Shown one piece after another: positions 1 to 13,898 of a stretch of DNA of 64,000 bases (position 1 is the stretch's first letter; each line of letters begins with the position of its first letter). The stretch spans positions 77,128,001 to 77,192,000 of the forward strand of contig OZ024743.1 of the NCBI GenBank assembly GCA_964016885.1, written 5' to 3'. A program made the position numbers and the translations under genes. Source of the DNA: Eledone cirrhosa. Its lineage: Eukaryota. The notes below the pieces were generated by a model. The model worked only from the letters and a program-made list of their open reading frames with translations, ran no database searches and was not told where the DNA came from.

Positions 1-750
1 CTATATTATTTATATTATACAGTATATGTCTATATTATATATATATATTATATGTCTATATTATTTATATTATACAGTATATATCTATATTATATATGTA
101 TGTATTATATATATTATATATGTCTATATTATATATGTCTGTATTATATGTCTATATTATAATATATATTGTCTATATTATATATATTTTATATGTCTGT
201 ATTATATATGTCTATATTATATATGTCTATATTATATATGTCTGTATTATATATATCATATATGTCTATATTATATATATTATATATGTCTATATTATAT
301 ATATTATATATGTCTATATTATATATATTATATATGTCTATATTATATATATTGTATATGTCTGTATTATATATATTATATATGTCTATATTATATATAT
401 TACATATGTCTATATTATATATATTATATATGTCCCTATTATATATATTATATATGTCTATATTCTCGCCGAGGTTAACTTTGCCTTTCATCCTTACGGG
501 GTTGATAAAATAAAGTACCAGTAATGTAGTGGGTAATTTGCTGGCCTTGTGTCAATAGTAGAAACAATTATATATATATGTCTATATTATATATGTCTAT
601 ATTATATATCTATATTATATGTCTCTATTATATATGTCTATATTATATATGTCTATATTATATATATATGTCTATATTATATATATTCTATATGTCTATA
701 TTATATACATTATATATGTCTATATCATATATATTATATATGTCTATATT
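1..750. repeat. Degenerate AT-rich minisatellite (TATATTATATATGTC-like units), interrupted by a SINE fragment
   Basis: Recurring tatgtctatattata units; overlapping ORFs encode only Y/I/C/L/M low-complexity peptides. Confidence 0.9.
466..570 (+). mobile_element. 5'-truncated tRNA-derived SINE (family A)
   Basis: gccgaggttaactttgcctttcatccttacggggttgataaaataaagtaccagt...gctggccttgtg...agtagaaacaatta matches the 3' half of the full copies at 47477-47860. Confidence 0.85.
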
Positions 751-1380
751 ATCATTCTGTAAGAAGCATCATATATTGTGTATTTCTCACGGCATTTATA
801 GTCTTTTTCCTCATACAACCAGATCTGCTCTTCATTACTCCCCCCCCCCCCCCAACACACATTTTGTTTCATTACTTAAGTTTGTTTTTATCTTTCATTT
901 TCATACCTATGTAACTATCAATGGTTTCTAAGGCAACTTTGTGAGTTCAACCTCATATATTTTGGTATAATAATTCTGTAGCATCAAACATTGACATCAA
1001 TGAATTGAAGTTATAGAAATTTCTCAAGTAAATTTCATTCATTTCATAATCAAGAAGACAGAAGATTGCTTACTCTGTGTTAATACGAGTTAACTTCTCT
1101 TGTTTTTTTTTAGAAGAATATTTTAAGAGACTGTTGAATTAAAAGTCCATCACTTAGGAGAGTAGTTATTCCCCTTGGTTCTCTTTGTTTATTAGATGTC
1201 ACTACTGTCAATGACATCACGATTATTTGCCACGGGTCGACCGAACCTATTTTGACACTCATTATTATTAACACATAAACACACACTTATATACAACTAA
1301 ACATACCTAGTCATACACACACACACACACTTAGACGACGTTGCAGTCTTTGTTTTTTTTTTTCATTTCATGTTGGCCAG

Positions 1381-1503
1381 ATACTTGATTATTTTGGAAG
1401 TGGAATAAAACATCTTGCGCAATCATCGAGGATACAGAAGATAAACGACACAGAGAGTATACAAGCCTGGATTTCCCGTAGTTTTACTCTTTTGGAAGCG
1501 AGA
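1381..1503 (+). other. Candidate internal exon (123 nt, frame open: ILDYFGSGIKHLAQSSRIQKINDTESIQAWISRSFTLLEAR)
   Basis: T-rich tract and CAG ending at 1380, GTAAGT donor at 1504, length divisible by 3, one open frame; no recognisable homology. Confidence 0.3.
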
Positions 1504-2030
1504 GTAAGTAACTATTCGATCTTTAGGTAGCCATATTGGATGTGTTGTAGTATAGGAGGAGATTGGAGCATTTCTTCACTGAGCGACCGCTTAGTGGAGC
1601 ACAAATAATCTATCAGGGACGTTCATTAGTAATACTGCTGTATACTTTATTAGATCACATCAACTGAAAAGGTTGGTGCCAGCTTTCAGAATTATTCCTC
1701 TATATGGTTGATTTATTAATCTGCCACCTGTCTGTTTGTCTCTTACCGTCCCATTCAGTGTAGAATTATTTCTATGCATGTATTTTATACGTCTCTTATG
1801 TGTATACACCCATCTATATTTTCATTGAAACACACAATCTTTGTAGTGTTATGAAAAAATATCCAAAATATATCAAGACTACATTTTGTTTGTGAAATAC
1901 CTTCAATTAATTTAGTGTAGATGGTTTTTTTTCTCACAGATTTGTGTTATCGCCCCTCATGTGTATATCATCGAAGTCATCGATATTAAACCTCTGATTC
2001 CGTCACCTCCCCTCATTTCCTACACAGATT

Positions 2031-2076
2031 CCTCATGATTTCATACGAATGAAACAGTTCTAGTCCTGTAAAAGCC
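2031..2076 (+). ncRNA. Degenerate minimal hammerhead motif (Penelope-like terminal remnant)
   Basis: CTCATGA (G5 mutated)-TTTCATACGAAT-GAAA-CAG-TTCTAGTC-CTG-TA; same family as 18995 and 30601-30700. Confidence 0.5.
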
Positions 2077-2084
2077 ACATATAT

Positions 2085-2126
<42 letters not shown>

Positions 2127-2488
2127 GTGTGTGTGGTTGAGGGCGCTAAGAGAAAAGAGTACTCAATACCGGAGTAGAGTTTTATTCATTTTATTAAGGC
2201 TAAATGGTGATAAACAGGCAAACCTCCAGAGTAACAAGATTCACTATTTAGCTTTAATAATATATATATATAATATAATATAATTATATATAGATAGATA
2301 GATATATTTATATGTATATATAAATGTGTATGTGTTTTTCATCTCACTATAGCAGTCGGTGCTTCCACTTTTTCCACATATTGCTTTTAATTGTTGATGG
2401 GTTCGACATGAATACAGATATTTGGGAACATAATTTGCCTTGTTTCTTACTAACTTGTACGGATCAATCTGAATAGCTATTTGGACAA

Positions 2489-2525
<37 letters not shown>

Positions 2526-3001
2526 ATATATATACATACTCACACACACACTCACACTGATGTCTGTCTGAGTGTATGTATGTATGTGTATATATTACTA
2601 TGCCTTATCTTAGACTACATTTGTTGCCGTTTGTTTTAAAACATCGAGACATTACACACTTCTAGCTAGACACGCCCATTATATCTCTCCAATTCAGCAA
2701 ACCTTTTCATGTTGAAACTTTTCATTGCTATTTTCACGTCAAGGTCATCTTTAATTTTCTCTAAACGCTTATCTTAATCCCGACATCGATCGTCTTTTCT
2801 GTTGTGATAGAACCATGGTGTAGAAATAACAAACCTACCATAGACTTAGAGAAATAACAAACCTACCATTCTTATACTTCTCTTGTATTTCATCTCTTGT
2901 TCCGCTTTTCATTTAAAACTTGTCTTCTTTTATCTTCGTCTGCCAAACCACATTTTACTACTTAAATATTTTAACCATATAAGCCTCTTGAGTGGCTAGA
3001 A

Positions 3002-3037
<36 letters not shown>

Positions 3038-4095
3038 GCACGATATATTGTGTATTATCTTGAATATATGGTCCTTTTTCTCTCTATGTATACATATTTT
3101 AATTTTGAATTATATATATGTATGTAATTTTTTTGTTTTTGGTGTTGAAGGTAAAAGAAGTAATGTTTTTATGTATTCCATGGATCCCGATGTTACAATT
3201 TGGTGCAATATTTTCATAATTGGTTTTTAAGATACAATTTATGGCGAAATAGTAGTTTCTCTGGCTAAAACAGATCCACTTTCGTGCTCCCACACGGAAA
3301 CGAACGATAATTATATGTAGTATAAATACTAATTTCACACTAATAACTATACTAGAACAATTTGGTGAGCTGCTAGTTAAAATAAAAACCCAGAAAAGCC
3401 TGCCTGCCCTTCTTTCAATCTTGTAAACCGATTTTCTTTTCTACCTTAGTTTTATGTGTATTGGTTAAATGTTCTCCACGACATCCTGCTACAGATACAC
3501 AGACAAATCTTCAACCTCATCTTATATGTTAAGATATTTTTATGACTGATCAGCTGGAGAAAGCTGTTAATAATTTAACTTTGGACTAAATTGATGAAGG
3601 CATGTAATCACCATAAAATGCGCTTGATAGTATATTCTAGTACAAAACTGACGATAATCTCTCCGGTCTGTATCAGCTTAGATATAGGAAGGGTTGATTT
3701 TATGCAATACATTCTACAAGTCTTACCATTAAACCGTATTTAGTTGAGGATTACTACAAAACATCTATAATCTAGCTACAGCTAATATTCTACCTTTTAA
3801 TCTGTGAATAATTAACACGTTTATCACCTCAACATTTTGCGAAACCTTCATTGAAAGTATTCGAGGCTGGTAATAATTTCTTTTCTGTTAATTTGATCAA
3901 TTTCTGCTGCTTTAGTTATCACCAAATCATCTTTTATATATGCTACGTTGTCTGTAAGATGTCTTACAACTCATCAGGCAGCTCAACTGTTTTAATTTCA
4001 ACTTCCTTCTTTTTTCTTCTCTTTCTTTTTCATTTTTTTCTTGTCAAATGCAGTTAATTCTTATTTCTAATTGGCGTCTTGTCATTCATACAGTC

Positions 4096-5405
<1,310 letters not shown>

Positions 5406-5605
5406 NNNNNNNNNNNNNNNNNNNNNNNNNNNNNNNNNNNNNNNNNNNNNNNNNNNNNNNNNNNNNNNNNNNNNNNNNNNNNNNNNNNNNNNNNNNNNNN
5501 NNNNNNNNNNNNNNNNNNNNNNNNNNNNNNNNNNNNNNNNNNNNNNNNNNNNNNNNNNNNNNNNNNNNNNNNNNNNNNNNNNNNNNNNNNNNNNNNNNNN
5601 NNNNN
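5406..5605. other. Assembly gap (200 N)
   Basis: Run of n. Confidence 1.
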
Positions 5606-7911
5606 CTGACTGAAGGCTTATCCGGTCATCCACGCCATTGATGACCTTTTGGAGCTTGGAATCATCAGCGAAAATTTTAATGTTGCTGTGTTTGATGATG
5701 TCAGTGATGTCATTAATATAGATGATGAAGAGAAGTGGGCCCAACACAGTGCCTTGTGGGACTCCACTACTGACTTTGGCTGGGCTTGATTTGACTCCCT
5801 CAACTACAACATGTTGGGTTCTGTTTGACAGGAAGCTCTTGATCCACTGCAGCAGCTTTCCAGTGACACCAATATTGGACAGCTTTCTCAGTAGAATGTT
5901 ATGATCAACCCTGTCAAAGGCCTTGCTGAAATCAAGGTAGATAACATCAGTGTTGGAACCCTCTCCCAAGGCTCTCAAAATGTCATCAAAGTGATGCAGT
6001 AGTTGCGTCAGGCAATCCCTTCCATTACGGAATCCATGCTGGTTGGAGTTCAGCATATTGTTACTCTCAAGGAAGTGGGTCATTCGCGATCTCACCACTC
6101 GCTCAAATACCTTAATGATATGAGAGGTGAGTGAGATTGGACGGTAATTCACGGCAAGGGATTTGTTTCCCTTTTTGAAAACTGGGACAACAGACTGGGA
6201 TAGGTTTTCTGGCACATATCCAGCATCCAGTGAGTTCCGCCACAGATTGGCAAGAGGAGAAGCAAGTTGGTGTTGACACGCCTTCAAGACACAAGCAGGG
6301 AACCTATCGGGACCTACTGCTGAATTATGCTTGATTTCCTTTATTGCCGCCAAGACATCAGGGGCGCCAAACGTTATGTCCGATAAGGTGTAATGGGGAG
6401 TAACATCGCCGATACAGCCCAGATCGGCCATATCAGGATTGCTGAAAACAGAGCAGTATTGTTTCTGCAGTATCTCACCCATGGTTTTAGCATTGTCTTG
6501 AAGAGTGCCATTTTCATCAATTAGAGGGCCAACAGTAGAGCCAGTGATTTTGTGTTTTTTTGCAAATGAAAAGAACACTTTGGGATTGAGTTTGATCTTC
6601 TCAATGGCCCAGGCCTCTTCAGCTCTTCTCTGATTGTTGATGAGGGACATTATGTTGTTTTGGAGGTTATGTTTTTTAATCTCTAGTGATGAAATGGCAG
6701 TCAAGTTGATGTGTTGCTGCTGACAGTATTTCAGCTTGTTGATTTTTTTGTTCGTTCTCTTAATTTTTCTGATGAGCGTTTTTCTATTTCTAGGGATTCT
6801 GCTCTTAGATTTGTTTATAGTTCTTAATGGGGTGTGTTTAGCACATATGTTTGTAACAGTGTCCACAAATGTCTGCCAGGACTTTTTGATGTTAGTGGGT
6901 GTATGAGTGTGCGTGAAGGACCAGTCGACATGTGCAAGATCATGACTGATCGCTTCCCAGTTTGCATTGTGGAAATCCATAGCGTCAAACGGATGGACAG
7001 GAGAGATGACATTGGGTTTGTATATTGGACGGTGGAATCTCAGATCACAGAGAACCATGTCATGATCAGAGAGTAGAGTTTTCTCCACTGCAATATTGTG
7101 GATATTGTCAGTGTGATTGCTGAAAATTAAGTCTAGGACGTTTTTGTGGCACCTCGTTGGTTTGAGCACTAGTTGGGATAGGAAGAAATCATCCATGAAG
7201 TCAAGAAGCGATTCCACAGCTTCCCTGTCAGAGGTTGAGGCAGAAGAACCTGGTGGCAGGGTGTTTGTGGACCAGTCAACTCCGGGGAGGTTGAAGTCCC
7301 CCATCATTAAGATGTTGTCAGGGTGACACTCTTGGATGAAACACTTTATGCTGTTGAGGCATTCCTTGAAGCATGGTACAGGCGTTTGGGGTGGCCTATA
7401 GAGCCCAACTACTAATAGGTTGTTGGTTTGACTGAATACAGTGACTGCCTCACAGTATCCATTAGTGAATATGTTCATAGCCTCTGTTGAGAAAGAATTA
7501 TGGACATAAATGGCAGTTCCGCCCTTTCTTCTGCCAGCGCGATCAGCACGGATGGCTTTGAAATTTTTCACGTTCACCTCGGCTTCCAAGTGGAGGTTAC
7601 TGAGATGGGTTTCAGTGAGGACGAAGAAAGGGATGTGGTTTGGATGGACATCAATCCAGTCCTCCAGGAATTTGATCTTCCATGTTTGAGTATTGGTGGA
7701 AGGGCTGATGCCTTGGGCATTAAGCAAAAATGTAGAGGCGAGAGTGGATGGTTTTAATTGTTTTGGTGTGTTGTTAATTTGTTTGTTTGTTAATGGCAGC
7801 AATGGGAGTTTGTGCAGTGGGGTGATAGTGGAGGGTGGTGCTGGGTGATAGCTCGAATGTTTTTTTCCAGTTCTTTTGCCAGATTCATTATGGCTAAAAA
7901 AGAGGAAGAAG
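5606..7911 (-). mobile_element. CR1/L2-group LINE ORF2 (AP endonuclease + reverse transcriptase); 3' part lost in gap
   Basis: Uninterrupted frame with APE motifs (LLNAQG, LTETHL, YRPP, MGDFN, LDLIF, SDH) and RT motifs (YRPISLTS, QHGFR, DFSKAFD, GVPQGTVLGPLLF, FADD). Confidence 0.9.
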
Positions 7912-7939
7912 TATATATATATATATGTATATATATATG

Positions 7940-7972
<33 letters not shown>

Positions 7973-7981
7973 GTATATGTA

Positions 7982-9475
7982 TCATCATCATCATCATCAT
8001 CAGCGTTTAACGTCCGTGTTCCACGCTTGCATGGGTTTGGACGGGGGTAGTCCCACTTGAGGCAAGAGTGATTGTCTTGCTCGCATAGGACTGTCTGGCA
8101 GGTTTTCTACAGTTGGATGCCCTTCCTAACACCAACCACATTTACAGTGTGGGTCTGGGAGGTTTTTACCGTGTTGCCTACACGGCCACATTACAGCGTG
8201 GACTGTGTGTTTTTTTTGTCGTGACACCTACACGATCTCATTTGTTTCGGCCTCGATGGCGCGGCACCAACATAACTTTACATAGAACGGGGTGGTGTGG
8301 ATCGGGTGGGGGTGGTGGGACGGGGTGTATTTGTTAGAGATGCCTACTGGCTGGAGTAGGTTTTACTATATATTTAGGTAAGGCGGGTCTTCTCTGTTAC
8401 TGAGTACCGCCAAAGGTCTCGGTCCAGTGACATTGTCTTGGAGAGGTGTAAGTGTGTGATGTCGGAGTTTATCAGCTCGTCCCAGGTTTTTCTAGGTCTG
8501 CCTATTCCGTGACTACCGTCTATCTTTATTGCCCTGCACTTTGTTATACAGCTATCGACTTTCATGCGCATCACGTGTCCATACCAACGTAGCCTTCTCT
8601 CGAGTAAACAACATCTGATCCCTCTTATCTCTAATTTATTCCTTAGTTCGTTTATGCTTTGCCGTTCACGTATATTACTGTTACACATCCAGCGGAGCAT
8701 GCAAGCTTCGTTCCTCTCTAGTCTGCGTATATCCTCTGCACACAATGCCCAGGTCTCACTGCCATGCAGCATTGCTGTTCGTATGCAGGCATCGTACAAC
8801 CTGCCTTTCATTTTTAGTGAGAACCCTTTAGCAGCTAATAGTGGTATAAGCTCTCTGAACTTTTTCCAACCAGTTCTGACTCTAGCTACAGTACTTTCAG
8901 AGCACCCTCCCCCACTGCTGATTTTATCGCCCAGGTAACGGAAGCTGTCCACTATTTCTATAGAACCCTCTGCGCAATTGAAAGAGCTAGTAGTTTGTGG
9001 GCACTTGCTGCTACTTATTGCACCAGAGCACCGGCCACATGTAAAATCTATGTTCTTAGTTAGCCTACCTGTGATCCCACTACATCTTTTATGCACCCAT
9101 ACTTTGCATTTAGGACATAAAATGGAGTTTCTACCTACGCCTTTCCTACACACCGAGCACGACCATTTCCCAGAAGGGACCGCCGCCTTGTTTTCTTTCC
9201 TACAAACTAGTACTTTGGTCTTAGCCAGGTTAATTTTAAGTCCTTTTGACTCTAGGCCGTGCTTCCATGTTTGGAATTTCTTCTCTAGCTCGGCCATTGA
9301 TTCCGCTATGAGTGTCAGGTCGTCTGCGTATAGGAGTTCCCATGGGCAGCCTGTCTTGAACTCCTCTGTTATGGCCTGAAGGGCAATAATAAATAGTAGT
9401 GGACTGAGAACAGAGCCCTGATGGACGCCGACTTTTACGCTAAACTCTTCACTATATTCGTTGTGAAGAGTTTAG
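7982..9475 (-). mobile_element. 5'-truncated RTE LINE copy (RT C-terminus, PHD, 3'UTR, (GAT)n tail)
   Basis: Near-identical reverse complement of about 12808-14294; ORF 8374-9297 differs from the intact copy by about two residues. Confidence 0.95.
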
Positions 9476-9594
9476 TATATATATATATATGTATATATAT
9501 GTATATATATATGTATATATGTATATATGTGTATATATATATATATGTGTATATATATATATGTGTATATATATATATATGTGTATATATATAT

Positions 9595-9686
<92 letters not shown>

Positions 9687-9711
9687 GTGTATATATATAT
9701 ATGTATATATA

Positions 9712-9742
<31 letters not shown>

Positions 9743-10003
9743 GTGTGTATATATGTGTATATATATATATATATGTATATATATGTATGTATATGTATAT
9801 ATATGTATATGTATATATATGTATATATATATATATATGTATGTATATGTATATATATATATATATATGTATATATATGTATATGTATATATATATATGT
9901 ATATATATGTATATATATATATATGTATATATATGTATATGTATATATATTTATATATATATATATGTATATATACATATATGTATATATATATATATAT
10001 GTA
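9476..10003. repeat. (TA)n/(TATG)n array
   Basis: Direct reading. Confidence 0.97.
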
Positions 10004-10009
10004 GATTTC

Positions 10010-10342
10010 ATTTTTTTTTTTTTTTTTTTTTTTTCTTTCCTGCTTGCAAGGGTGGGACGGGAACTGATTCTGGCATGATTTCTACAGCTGGATGCCCTTC
10101 CTAACACCAACCTCATTTACAGTGAGTGCTGGGTGCTTTTTTGCCGTGGCACCTCCACGACCACTTTGCAGTGGAATGATAGAGACCCCAGTCCCTATCA
10201 TCTCATTTCTACAGCTGAGTAAACTGGAGCAATGTGAAATAAAGTCTCTTGCTCAAGGAAACAACACATCACCCGGTCTGAGAATTGAACTCACAACCTT
10301 TCGATTGCAAGGCCAATGCTCTAACCACTAAGCCATATGCCT

Positions 10343-10345
<3 letters not shown>
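10010..10345 (-). mobile_element. Full-length composite SINE (family B): tRNA-like head, Nin/Deu-like central domain, RTE-derived tail, poly(A)
   Basis: Minus strand: box A TGGCTTAGTGG, box B GAGTTCAATTC, then TGTTGTTTCCTTGAGCAAGAGACTTTATTTCACATTGCTCCAG, then the RTE 3'UTR segment GGTTGGTGTTAGGAAGGGCATCCAGCTGTAGAAA and an A-run. Confidence 0.8.
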
Positions 10346-10420
<75 letters not shown>

Positions 10421-10619
10421 ATATATATATATATATATATGTGTATATATATATATATATGTGTATATATATATATATGTGTGTGTATATATATATATAT
10501 GTGTATATATATATATATATGTGTGTGTATATATATATATATGTGTATATATATATATATATATGTATGTGTATATATATGTATGTGTATATATATATAT
10601 ATGTGTGTGTATATATATA

Positions 10620-10664
<45 letters not shown>

Positions 10665-10725
10665 ATATATATATATATGTGTGTGTGTATATATATATAT
10701 ATATGTATGTGTGTGTATATATATA

Positions 10726-10768
<43 letters not shown>

Positions 10769-10816
10769 ATATATATATATATATGTGTGTATATATATAT
10801 ATATATGTGTAATATA

Positions 10817-10848
<32 letters not shown>
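10346..10848. repeat. (TA)n/(TATG)n array
   Basis: Direct reading. Confidence 0.97.
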
Positions 10849-13800
10849 ACGCAATCCAAAACCTCAGAGTTGGTACCATAAATGTAGGCACCCTAAAGGG
10901 TCGCGCTAACGAGGTTGTAGAAATGCTTGAACGTAAGGAGGTCGATGTTTGTTGTATTCAAGAGACCAGGTGGAGGGGTGGGTCTGCTAGGTTCATTGAG
11001 GGTAAAAAACGATGTTATAAGCTTTTCTGGGTGGGAAACGACGATGGGCTGGGTGGAGTAGGAATCATGGTAGCAGAAAAGTGGGCAGATAAGATAATAG
11101 ACGTAAATAGAGTGAACGACAGAATAATTAAAATACGACTTGTCCTCAATAGAACTACGGTGACAGTAATATCTGCGTACGCACCCCAATCCGGACTGCC
11201 CGACACTATAAAAGACAGATTCTATGAGACACTGATGCTAACTACCTCCCAAATATCCGACAGTGACTATATAATTATCGCAGGCGACCTAAATGGTCAC
11301 GTTGGACAACATTGTGACGGCTACGACGAAATCCATGGAGGCTATGGGTTTGGTACTAGAAATGAGGAAGGCTCCAGAATCCTGGAATTCTGTGATGCAA
11401 ATAACCTAACTATCTGTAACACTAACTTCAAAAAACGTGACAATCACCTGATCACCTATAGATCCGGGGAACACACAAGCCAGGTAGATTATATCCTTAC
11501 CAGAAGACGTGACAGAGTGTCTGTTGTAAACACTAAATCCCTCCCCCATGAAGAATGCACCTCCCAACATAGACTGATAATTAGCGACCTCATAGTCAGG
11601 ACGAGACGTACTCGACAACAGAAGAGGACTATCCTCAGGAGGAAAATATGGAAGCTAAAGGACCCCACAGCCAGGAATAAATTTCAAAGCATATTACTTG
11701 ATGCTTTCGACAGTAAGGAAGAACATTTAGAGTCGGACAATATAGAGGGAGAGTGGGAATTTCTGAAAGCAAACCTGCTGTTGGCGAGAGACGAAGTCTG
11801 TGGCTGGAGCAGGCCTGTAGGCAGGAGGAGAGTAACATGGTGGTGGAACAGTAAGGTGGAGGGGTCAATTAAGGCCAAAAAGCAGGCTTGGAAAGTATGG
11901 CGGGATGGGGGAAGTAGAGAAGACTATCAAGTGGCCAGGAGGGAAGCTAGGAGACAAGTGTACTTAGCAAGAAGGGAAGCTGAGGAAAGAAAGTTCAAGC
12001 ATGTTCTACAACGCGATGACCAAAAACGTGAGGTGTTCAGGATTGCTAGGCAATGCGTCAAGGAAAACCGTGATATTGTCGGGGAGAAGTGTGTACTAAA
12101 CGACGATGGCACACTTGCCATCACCGACGCTGATAAGAAGGTAGCTTGGAAGTGTCACTATGAAAGGCTACTAAATGAGGAGAATAATTGGGAGAAAGGC
12201 AGTCTCCCCCATATCGACCCAATAGAGGGACCAGCAGTGTTAGTCGAGGGGAGTATAATAAGTAAGGCAATCAAGGATATGAAGACTGGTAAGGCGGCTG
12301 GGCCTTCGGAAATAGTTGCTGAGATGCTGAAGGCATCTGGCACGGTGGGACACACCATGGTCACCCGCATAGTTAACCAAGTCGTACAGAATGGGGTTGT
12401 TCCGAAGGACTGGCATAGCAGCATCATCGTTAACTGTTATAAGGGTAAAGGAGACGCCCTAGATAGGAGTAACTATAGAGGCATTAAATTAATCGACCAG
12501 GTCATGAAGGTCACGGAAAAAGTAATAGCGCAACTAATCAGAGAGAGAATTGACCTAGATGAAATGCAGTTCGGGTTTGTGTCAGGCAAAAGTACCACAG
12601 ACGCTCTTTTCATAGTACGACAACTACAGGAGAAGTACCTAGCTAAAGGTAAACCCCTCTACTTAGCTTTTGTCGACTTGGAGAAAGCCTTCGACAGAGT
12701 CCCCCGCTCCATTATCTGGTGGGCTCTTAGAAAACTAGGCGTTGCCGAATGGCTTGTGAGGGCTATACAAGCCATGTATAAAGAAACAGTCAGCAAGGTT
12801 AGAATTAACAACGAATATAGTGAAGAGTTTAGCGTAAAAGTTGGCGTCCATCAGGGCTCTGTTCTCAGTCCACTACTATTTATTATTGCCCTTCAGGCTA
12901 TAACAGAGGAGTTCAAGACAGGCTGCCCATGGGAACTCCTATACGCAGACGACCTGACACTCATAGCGGAATCAATGGCCGAGCTAGAGAAGAAATTCCA
13001 AACATGGAAGCACGGCCTAGAGTCAAAAGGACTTAAAATTAACCTGGCTAAGACCAAAGTACTAGTTTGTAGGAAAGAAAACAAGGCGGCGGTCCCTTCT
13101 GGGAAATGGTCGTGCTCGGTGTGTAGGAAAGGCGTAGGTAGAAACTCCATTTTATGTCCTAAATGCAAAGTATGGGTGCATAAAAGATGTAGTGGGATCA
13201 CAGGTAAGCTAACTAAGAACATAGATTTTACATGTGGCCGGTGCTCTGGTGCAATAAGTAGCAGCAAGTGCCCACAAACTACTAGCTCTTTCAATTGCGC
13301 AGAGGGTTCTATAGAAATAGTGGACAGCTTCCGTTACCTGGGCGATAAAATCAGCAGTGGGGGAGGGTGCTCTGAAAGTACTGTAGCTAGAGTCAGAACT
13401 GGTTGGAAAAAGTTCAGAGAGCTTATACCACTATTAGCTGCTAAAGGGTTCTCACTAAAAATGAAAGGCAGGTTGTACGATGCCTGCATACGAACAGCAA
13501 TGCTGCATGGCAGTGAGACCTGGGCATTGTGTGCAGAGGATATACGCAGACTAGAGAGGAACGAAGCTTGCATGCTCCGCTGGATGTGTAACAGTAATAT
13601 ACGTGAACGGCAAAGCATAAACGAACTAAGGAAAAAATTAGAGATAAGAGGGATCAGATGTTGTTTACTCGAGAGAAGGCTACGTTGGTATGGACACGTG
13701 ATGCGCATGAAAGTCGATAGCTGTATAACAAAGTGCAGGGCAATAAAGATAGACGGTAGTCACGGAATAGGCAGACCTAGAAAAACCTGGGACGAGCTGA

Positions 13801-13898
13801 TAAACTCCGACATCACACACTTACACCTCTCCAAGACAATGTCACTGGACCGAGACCTTTGGCGGTACTCAGTAACAGAGAAGACCCGCCTTACCTAA
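10849..13898 (+). CDS. RTE ORF: AP endonuclease, reverse transcriptase, PHD finger, RTE C-terminus (native start codon missing)
   Basis: [42 protein letters not shown]; [64 protein letters not shown]; stop TAA at 13896-13898. Confidence 0.93.

Noticed and set aside
10270-10345. tRNA gene (also 21375-21450 and 47580-47860)
   Set aside because: A and B boxes are present, but there is no complete cloverleaf and SINE bodies follow directly.
10849-11600. Host gene such as craniofacial development protein 2-like
   Set aside because: This is the endonuclease domain of the RTE LINE, contiguous with the RT and the tail.
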